From Nanobdellota archaeon (lineage in GTDB: Archaea > Nanobdellota > Nanobdellia > Pacearchaeales > GW2011-AR1), in NCBI GenBank assembly GCA_038045945.1, contig JBBSXC010000006.1, positions 1 to 14,053 of the forward strand: a stretch of 14,053 nucleotides of DNA, written 5' to 3'. The translations under genes were made by a program, and so were the position numbers. The notes under the pieces are model-generated. The model searched no databases. It saw only the letters and a program-made list of their open reading frames with translations, and had not been told where the DNA came from. Position 1 is the stretch's first letter, and every line of letters begins with the position of its first letter. This document shows positions 7,866 to 14,053 of this stretch, piece by piece.

Positions 7866-10800
7866 TTATTGTTGTTCTTTTCCTTCGTTTATTTTCTTAA
7901 TAATTCTTGCTGTCATTATTGTCAAGATTACTATTGTTATTATTAGTATTATTGTTATTGTGTCTATTATTATTCCACTATTGTTTTTTGGTTTTTCTTC
8001 ATAATTTTTTGCTACTTCATCTGCTAAGTTTTTCAGTATTTCTTTTGCCGAATTATCTATTGGTATAATGTTATTAATCGTTTTGTTACTTGTAACATTT
8101 TTTTTGCCTATCGATCCACCGCTACTATAACCTCCGCCACCGTAGCTTCCTCCGCTACTGCCGCTATTAGGTGTTGAAGGAATTTCTATTACTGTGTAGT
8201 TTGAGAACTTTATTACTGTAAACTTCATTATTCCGCTTATTGGGTCGTAACTCGTTATTATACATTGGTCTTTTGGGCAAGGATAATCATTTCTTTTTAT
8301 TTCTAAATTATTAATGTTTTTTCCTGGTCCGATAACCACACTTATTTTTGCTGGCTCGTTTGATAATTCTTTTAGTGCTTGTTCGCTTGTATCCACAGAT
8401 ACTGTTGCTAGAGCTTCTTTGTTATTATTAATAACTATTTTTATGTAATCATTTATGTTTTGTAATATTTGGTTTACTGTTTTTGTTTGGTCGTATTTTT
8501 TGAAGTCTATTATGTTTGTGAATTCTATAACTCCCATACCATTTCTTTCAAGAGTTAAAGGTACTTTGCTTAAGTCTTCTTCTTTTTCTAAATCTGTTGT
8601 TTTTCCCCCATCAAAGTTTTCTTTATATTTTTCGGAGTCAGTTTTTGTTGCCGTATTAGTTAAGCATTGGTTCGTGCAAGAATCCGCATTGTTATTATTA
8701 CCATCATCACATTCTTCATCACCATTCTTTATTTCATCTCCGCATGATTGTGCTATTGTGCAAGGATTGAAGTTACATGTAATGCCGCAACTTTGTGTTC
8801 CGGAATAACCACTGCTAGTCGTACATACCTGCGTGTTCCCGTCACAATTTTCCCCTAATTCTATTATGTTATTACCGCAAATTTTACTTGTTGGTGCTTT
8901 TCCAGTATAAAGTGTTTCAATTTCGTTATTAGATAATATTCTGTTGTAAATTTTAACATCTTTTATCATCCCTCTAAAAGCGTAGCCCCCATCCCAAGGG
9001 GTTGTTATTGCCCCAATACTAATATCTCCGCCACCATTTCCTAACACTCCTGCATTATTCCATGCATAATTTTCTGTGCAGTCATTATTATCTATTATTA
9101 TCCTACCACTAGAACCTGTTAGAGTTACAACGATATGATGCCATTCATCACTTGTTGGTACTGGGCAAGTTACCGAACCAGGAAAGACGCTACCACCCCA
9201 CTTTATTTTGTTGTCCCTAGTGTAAAGAGCCCAGTTACCAGCATGACCCCAACTGTTCTTTAAAATGATAGTACCTGCTTCTGATGGCCAATTAAAACCA
9301 AACTGAGAATTTGATGAAGGTGAAAAGACTCTTAATGATATACTTAAGTCCCCAGGTAGAGAAATAGTGGATACGCTCAAGTAGTCATCAATTCCGTCTA
9401 ATGATAAAACTTGTTCTCCACTACTATCAACAAATGTAGCACCATTTTTTAATACTCCATCGTTTTCTTTTCCAGCTTTATTTTTAGCGTTTCCGTCAAG
9501 GGGGTATTCTGCCACAGGCCCCAAGGTTTGATAAAAGTTTTTTGGCAGATCTGTTTGTATATCCGAATCAATAATTGAGAATCCATCTTGGATATAATCG
9601 TTTACTTTTTTAGCAGTGAACTCTTCTCTCCAATTATCTTTTGATTGTTTTCTAGCTTCATCTAAAAATGCTTCTAAGGTAGGGGTCATGCCAAGTGATG
9701 CCATGTATGTTGAAATGTCACGTTCAGGGTCTTTGAATTTTTTTCTAGCCCAAACCGCGTCCTTCTCAATACCAGCCCATGTTGCAGCAGAAATACTACT
9801 ACCAAAATGAAGTTGTGGAGGATTAGAACTTATTAATTCTGGCTCAGAATTATAATAAGTGTTCCCTGAAACAATTAGTTGTGAACTTGGACCGCCACCT
9901 ACAAGTGTGCCTTTTTCTGATTGGATAATATTATTACTAAAAGAGCTTGATCCTGGTTCACCAAGCCAATTATCAGCCCAGAGCTTAGCAGCAATAGTGT
10001 TTGGAGCACTTGAACCAGTCCATTTGTAAACAATGTTGTCATGAATGTTAATATTCCTTAAAGTTCCATCAGGCCATATCCCATAACCAAGTAATGATGT
10101 TTTTTGATGAGCTATGATATTACCATAAATTTCTGTTTCTGCAGCGTTAGTGATTTGTATACCAACACCCCTAGGCACTCCAGGCCCAAGATCATCCCCA
10201 TCCAACACAACATTGTTTCTTATGATTCCTGATGCTCTAACTTCTTCAAATGTTCTGTCCCCTCTGCCCCATGATATCCCTATTGGGTTATTAAGGAAAA
10301 GATTATCCTCTTCTAACCCCCCAGGACGATTCATTGCTCCCTCTAGTGATGAACGAGCAAAAATATTTCCCCTAACAACGTTGTTAGGACTGTTGACTAA
10401 GTATAGATTATGGTTGAATGATGAACGAACAATAGCCGAAGCACCTGTAGGTATCCCTCCTTCTCTCCAACCGTTATGATCATAAACGTTATCCTCGATT
10501 AGTAATCCGCTTTCAATCCCATCAAACAAACTTCCTAAACCTCCAGTATCACCACTCCATGCATCAACAATAACATTACGCCTAAAATCAAAATTTGTTC
10601 CAGGTCCAGCCCATCCGCCACCATGAGCAAAACGACATCCCTCAATTATTACATTGTTAAAAATCCCAATTTGATTAGGAGCTTTGCTGTTTCTGTAAGG
10701 TGTAATGTGATCTGTAGTGTCATAGTCTAGGTCTATTATTGCGATGTTGTTTGAGTTTCTAAGATAGATAGCACCACTATCAATAAATTTTGGTCTTGCT

Positions 10801-11387
10801 CCAGTTCCGTAAGCACCTATTATTTGCATTTCTGATTCTGATCTTCCAGATTTAGGGTTTTTTCTGAAAGCTATTTCTCCGCTATAAAAATCTTGTCCTT
10901 GTAAGAACTCGTCGCCCCTCTTAAACAAAAGCCAGTCAGGATAGTTATCACGTAAAAGTGCGTAACCTGCATCTGTAGTTTTTTTAGGCCCACAGTCACT
11001 TCCATCAGATGGTACTTCTGAACATAGTCCTGTCCATGCGTCGTTTCCTATGCTTGAACTAACATAAATTATCATAGTATCTGAGCTTTTATCAAAAGTT
11101 GTCCAACCACTTTCTTCTTCTCTTGGTTCCGCTATTTCTTTATCATCTTTTTCACTCCAACAACCCAGATCATAACTAGAATCTATTAGTCCGTCTCCGT
11201 CGTTGTCTATCCCGTCATTGCATTCTGTTACTATCGGGCTTAGTTCTAGATCTTTTCCCCCCTTTCCCGCTTCACCTGAGATTGTTTGGTTTGTTAGTCT
11301 TAGAATTGTTATTGATAATAATGCTATTATTATGATTATTAGTATTATTATTCTTTCATCATGCTTTTTCACCAAACTTTTTTTCAC
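7866..11387 (-). CDS. Large modular surface protein, paralog 3 (1173 aa): head, CxDGxDNDxDG motif, right-handed beta-helix, LamG-like jellyroll, Cys-rich repeats, conserved C-terminal domain, Gly/Ser linker, C-terminal TM anchor
   Basis: Contains ECNDGIDNDGDGLID, IYVSSSIGND and LRDNYPDWLLFKRGD. It has repeated I/VxxNV/I beta-helix rungs and LamG motifs (LSLDGIDDY, WHHIVVT, FRGMIKDVKIYNRILS). Cys-rich units are CGNNIIELGENCDG and CGDEIKNGDEECDDGN. The tail is nearly identical to that of paralog 2. Confidence 0.93.
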   Translation of the reverse strand: MKKSLVKKHDERIIILIIIIIALLSITILRLTNQTISGEAGKGGKDLELSPIVTECNDGIDNDGDGLIDSSYDLGCWSEKDDKEIAEPREEESGWTTFDKSSDTMIIYVSSSIGNDAWTGLCSEVPSDGSDCGPKKTTDAGYALLRDNYPDWLLFKRGDEFLQGQDFYSGEIAFRKNPKSGRSESEMQIIGAYGTGARPKFIDSGAIYLRNSNNIAIIDLDYDTTDHITPYRNSKAPNQIGIFNNVIIEGCRFAHGGGWAGPGTNFDFRRNVIVDAWSGDTGGLGSLFDGIESGLLIEDNVYDHNGWREGGIPTGASAIVRSSFNHNLYLVNSPNNVVRGNIFARSSLEGAMNRPGGLEEDNLFLNNPIGISWGRGDRTFEEVRASGIIRNNVVLDGDDLGPGVPRGVGIQITNAAETEIYGNIIAHQKTSLLGYGIWPDGTLRNINIHDNIVYKWTGSSAPNTIAAKLWADNWLGEPGSSSFSNNIIQSEKGTLVGGGPSSQLIVSGNTYYNSEPELISSNPPQLHFGSSISAATWAGIEKDAVWARKKFKDPERDISTYMASLGMTPTLEAFLDEARKQSKDNWREEFTAKKVNDYIQDGFSIIDSDIQTDLPKNFYQTLGPVAEYPLDGNAKNKAGKENDGVLKNGATFVDSSGEQVLSLDGIDDYLSVSTISLPGDLSISLRVFSPSSNSQFGFNWPSEAGTIILKNSWGHAGNWALYTRDNKIKWGGSVFPGSVTCPVPTSDEWHHIVVTLTGSSGRIIIDNNDCTENYAWNNAGVLGNGGGDISIGAITTPWDGGYAFRGMIKDVKIYNRILSNNEIETLYTGKAPTSKICGNNIIELGENCDGNTQVCTTSSGYSGTQSCGITCNFNPCTIAQSCGDEIKNGDEECDDGNNNNADSCTNQCLTNTATKTDSEKYKENFDGGKTTDLEKEEDLSKVPLTLERNGMGVIEFTNIIDFKKYDQTKTVNQILQNINDYIKIVINNNKEALATVSVDTSEQALKELSNEPAKISVVIGPGKNINNLEIKRNDYPCPKDQCIITSYDPISGIMKFTVIKFSNYTVIEIPSTPNSGSSGGSYGGGGYSSGGSIGKKNVTSNKTINNIIPIDNSAKEILKNLADEVAKNYEEKPKNNSGIIIDTITIILIITIVILTIMTARIIKKINEGKEQQ

Positions 11388-11447
11388 GATTTATGAAAGA
11401 ACTATAAGCTATTTAAGTATTATTGCTCGAAGGAAAGAAAAGTTTTT
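11236..11447. repeat. Junction repeat copy C (partial): head of paralog 3 + 60-bp spacer, abutting the rnj stop
   Basis: The head is colinear with the other two. aagctatttaagtattattgct is identical at 11406-11427 and 2644-2665, and aaagaaaagttttt is also retained. Confidence 0.9.
11406..11427 (-). promoter_or_regulatory. Putative archaeal TATA-box promoter of paralog 3
   Basis: Minus-strand TTAAATA at 11410-11416, 22 nt upstream of the GTG at 11387. Confidence 0.65.
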
Positions 11448-12791
11448 TTATTTTATTTCTAGTTCTTGTCCGTTGCTTACTAGGTGTATTGTTTTTCCTG
11501 GCACGTATCCTATCTCTTGCGCTACTTTTACTACTGGCGATAATAGTCCGTGATGTCCGTGTGAGGGTATTATGTGTTCTGGTTGTAATAGTTCTATTAG
11601 TTGTTTTAAGTCTTCTTTTTGTCCGTGTCCGCTTACGTGTATGTCTTCGCTTACTGTTGCTCCTGTTGGTAAAATATTTTTTAGTAATTCTTCTTTGCTC
11701 TTGAATGTTTCTGGTGTTGGTATTGTACGGGAAGAGAATACTATGTGGTCTTTTTGTGTTAGTTTGTATGGTAGTACTCCTCTTGCTATTCTGTCAAGTA
11801 TGCTTCCTTTTTCTCCTTGGTGTCCTGTGCATACGATTAAGTATTTTCCTCTTTCGTTTTGTGCCATTTTTAGTGTTTTTAGTACTTGGTTGCTGTATGA
11901 CATGTTTTTCATGTCGTTTTGGTATGGGCATGAGTTTGCTTTTTTTGCTGCGTTTGTGTATTTGTTTAGGCTTCTTCCTAAGAATAATACTTCTCTATTG
12001 ATTTTTTTTCCGAATTCTGTTATGCTTTTTAGTCTTGCTATGTGGCTTGAGAATGTTGTTACGAATAATCCGTTTTTTTCTCCTTTTTGTTCGTTTAGTA
12101 CGCGTCGTAATTTTTCTCTTGCTACTTCTTCGCTTGGTGTTTTTCCGTCTTCTCTTGAGTATAAGCAGTCTATTATTAGTAGTTTTACTCCTTCTTTTGC
12201 TAGTCTTTTTAGTGATTGATAATTTGGTTTTTGTCCTAATACTGGCGTGTCGTCCATTTTGAAGTCGTTAGCGTATACTATTATTCCGCTAGGTGTGTGT
12301 ACTGCTATTATTGCTGTTTGTATTGTTGAGTGTGTTATGTTTATGAATTCTACTTCGTAATCTTTGTTTTTTCCTTTTATTCGCACAGTTGTGTCTAGCG
12401 GTACTGTTATTGCTTTGTTTTTCATTTGTATTCTGTTATCTGCTAATAATTCTTCTAAGAATGCTGTTGTGAATGGTGTTCCGTAAACGTTTGCGTTGTA
12501 TCTGTTTTCTAAGAATGGTACTCCTCCTACATGGTCTAGGTGTGCGTGTCCTATTAGTATTCCTCTTATTTTGTTTATTACGTTTCGACTGTTTAGTACT
12601 AAGTCATCTGGTAATGCTTTTATTGATCTTAATAGTTTTTCTGTGTATTTTCCTCTGTTTTCTTCTAATTGTACTAGTGCCGGTATGTACAGTCCCATGT
12701 CGAATGCGAATGCGTCGTCTCCTACTTCTGTTACGATCATTGTTTTTCCTACTTCGTCAAATCCGCTTACTGGGTGTATTTTTATTGCCAT
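11448..12791 (-). CDS. rnj: Ribonuclease J, archaeal type (metallo-beta-lactamase / beta-CASP nuclease), 447 aa
   Basis: Motifs GFDEVGK, DMG, HAHLDHVGG (HxHxDH), THS, DFK, TFSSHIARL, GRSL, CTGHQGE, HVSGH and IIPSHG. The ~450-aa length without the bacterial C-terminal domain fits archaeal RNase J. Confidence 0.92.
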   Translation of the reverse strand: MAIKIHPVSGFDEVGKTMIVTEVGDDAFAFDMGLYIPALVQLEENRGKYTEKLLRSIKALPDDLVLNSRNVINKIRGILIGHAHLDHVGGVPFLENRYNANVYGTPFTTAFLEELLADNRIQMKNKAITVPLDTTVRIKGKNKDYEVEFINITHSTIQTAIIAVHTPSGIIVYANDFKMDDTPVLGQKPNYQSLKRLAKEGVKLLIIDCLYSREDGKTPSEEVAREKLRRVLNEQKGEKNGLFVTTFSSHIARLKSITEFGKKINREVLFLGRSLNKYTNAAKKANSCPYQNDMKNMSYSNQVLKTLKMAQNERGKYLIVCTGHQGEKGSILDRIARGVLPYKLTQKDHIVFSSRTIPTPETFKSKEELLKNILPTGATVSEDIHVSGHGQKEDLKQLIELLQPEHIIPSHGHHGLLSPVVKVAQEIGYVPGKTIHLVSNGQELEIK

Positions 12792-12915
12792 TTTCTCTTT
12801 TTACTTTTGCTTAAGTCTTTGTGTGTTTATAACCGTTTTGTTGTTGTTTGTTGCTTAAAAAAAGGTTTTTATAGTATCATCTCTCATCTTAATTATCTTT
12901 TAAAGAGGTATATGA
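12792..12915. promoter_or_regulatory. Divergent promoter region with two TATA-like boxes and a Shine-Dalgarno-like motif
   Basis: Minus-strand TTATAAA (12826-12832) lies upstream of rnj. Plus-strand TTTTTATA (12866-12873) is preceded by purine-rich AAAAAAAGG (BRE-like). GAGGT at 12905-12909 is 6 nt before the ATG at 12916. Confidence 0.55.
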
Positions 12916-13983
12916 ATGGTTTTAGGATTATCGATTACTGGTGTACTTGCAATTATTGTAATTGTTTTAGCTTTAATAGTTGTTCTTCTTGGTATGACTG
13001 GTAGGGTTAAGAGGCTTGATAATCAGCTTAAGGCTTCTGAGGAAGATACTATTACTCCTTATTTGAGGACGACTGTTCATTATAGGAAGAGTGATTTTAC
13101 TGATGAATCTAAGATTAATGCTCTTAACAAAATTTCTAAACAGTTCTTTAGAGACATATTTCATTTTTCTTCTGAGAAAACTTTTGATGAGATCGCCTCC
13201 TTAACTGAGGATGCTGATATTAAGAGTTTTTGTTCATCTATGGGGATTATTAGGTATTCTAAAGTTATTAGGAAGTCAGATATTGATTTTTTGTATCGTT
13301 CTTTTGAGAATTTGTTGATTAAGCGAAGGCCTGCAAGCGCTATTGTTCTTAATGATAATTCTTCTAAGAGGACTATGACTATTGATGATTTGAATAGTCG
13401 TAAGATGAGAAAGGATATTGTTGATATTAAGAGTGAGCTTGAGAAGATGAAAGCTCAGGAGCCGTCTCTTGCCCCTCAAAATTCTTCCACTCAGGCTCAG
13501 ACTTCTTTGGTTACTAATCCTTCTCGTCCTGCTCCCTTTATTTCTCATAATAATCAGGGTTCTTTAGTGAAGTTTTCTGTTGATGATAAACTTTCTCAAA
13601 TGGAAGCAGAAATTGATAGTGAGAGTGTTCATGATCCTAACTCTAAAATTGATAATAGTTATGATGATCGAGCGCAGACCCAGATCAGTGATAATATCCC
13701 CCAAGTGCCAACCATTCCTAATAAGGTTGTTAGTAAGGTAGTTGCTTCTCCTCCCGTTCAGAAAATAATTAGGAAGGATGATGTTAGAGATTCTCATTCT
13801 ATTACTCCTTATCAAGCTAAGACTAATAGTTATAATAAGAAGCTTTCTTTTAGTAAGGTTCGTCTTGGTTCTGATGATGATTCTTTATCTAGTGAGATTA
13901 CTAGCCTTAATCAGAGAATTCAGAAATTGTTAGATAAGGAAACTAATAGGCAGCTTGGTGAAGTAGGTAGAGGCACGTATTAA
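12916..13983 (+). CDS. Hypothetical membrane-anchored protein (355 aa): N-terminal TM helix, small helical domain, coiled coil, low-complexity S/P/D/Q region, terminal coiled coil
   Basis: Long ORF with an SD-like GAGGT and a hydrophobic segment ITGVLAIIVIVLALIVVLLGM. Heptad-like stretches are MRKDIVDIKSELEKMK and LSSEITSLNQRIQKLL. No family recognised. Confidence 0.85.
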   Translation: MVLGLSITGVLAIIVIVLALIVVLLGMTGRVKRLDNQLKASEEDTITPYLRTTVHYRKSDFTDESKINALNKISKQFFRDIFHFSSEKTFDEIASLTEDADIKSFCSSMGIIRYSKVIRKSDIDFLYRSFENLLIKRRPASAIVLNDNSSKRTMTIDDLNSRKMRKDIVDIKSELEKMKAQEPSLAPQNSSTQAQTSLVTNPSRPAPFISHNNQGSLVKFSVDDKLSQMEAEIDSESVHDPNSKIDNSYDDRAQTQISDNIPQVPTIPNKVVSKVVASPPVQKIIRKDDVRDSHSITPYQAKTNSYNKKLSFSKVRLGSDDDSLSSEITSLNQRIQKLLDKETNRQLGEVGRGTY

Positions 13984-13984
13984 T

Positions 13985-14053
13985 CTAATAGTTTTTACTT
14001 CCTTCTTTTATTTTTCTTATTGTTTTTGCTGTCATTATTGTCAAGATTACTAT
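13985..14053 (-). CDS. 3' end of a fourth paralogous surface protein (C-terminal TM tail; gene extends beyond window)
   Basis: The minus strand translates IVILTIMTAKTIRKIKEGSKNY* (TAG at 13985-13987). Bases 13999-14053 are identical to 2697-2751 (55 bp), the tail of paralog 2. Confidence 0.8.
   Translation of the reverse strand: MVILTIMTAKTIRKIKEGSKNY

Larger units (their letters stand above)
7658..8016. repeat. Junction repeat copy B: head of paralog 2 + 56-bp spacer + tail of paralog 3
   Basis: Direct repeat of 2475-2830 with identical intergenic length (56 bp) and three exact blocks of 47-70 bp. Confidence 0.95.

Noticed and set aside
2475-11447. Junction repeats as a CRISPR array or integron attC sites
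   Set aside because: The repeats are hundreds of bp long, mostly coding and kilobases apart. I see no attC-like inverted-repeat core, and there is no cas or integrase gene in the window.
11448-12791. MBL-fold gene as a beta-lactamase or defence nuclease
   Set aside because: The full set of RNase J beta-CASP motifs identifies it as a housekeeping ribonuclease.
1-13815. Numerous 60-215 aa ORFs in the track overlapping the long genes (e.g. 1..312, 6857..7273, 11572..12219, 13276..13548)
   Set aside because: They are antisense or alternate-frame shadows of long, motif-bearing CDSs. Their Leu/Phe/Ile-rich content reflects the T-rich strand skew.
11441-13997. rnj block as an IS element or transposon
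   Set aside because: There is no transposase and no terminal inverted repeats. Only a low-complexity 7-bp match flanks it, kept above as a tentative finding.

Overview
AT-rich archaeal DNA, most likely from a DPANN lineage such as Pacearchaeota/Woesearchaeota (inferred from an archaeal-type RNase J, TATA-box promoters and surface-protein style). The window holds an array of at least four paralogous, very large minus-strand surface-protein genes. Two are complete (2683..7809 and 7866..11387). Two are cut by the window edges and are missing from the ORF track (<1..2626 and 13985..>14053). Where visible, they share a 51-codon N-terminal head (hydrophobic helix, I[T/S]G, ending in LSP), a conserved C-terminal domain with a transmembrane tail, and a near-identical 56-60 bp terminator/promoter spacer. 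The middles are different mixes of modules: beta-helix, FN3/Ig, LamG and Cys-rich repeats. Identity between copies is patchwork, and some central modules lack the local T-rich + strand skew. Together this suggests a constant-frame / variable-passenger surface protein system diversified by recombination. A divergent pair (rnj and a membrane-anchored hypothetical protein) interrupts the array. No recombinase, transposase, reverse transcriptase, CRISPR or RNA gene is visible.
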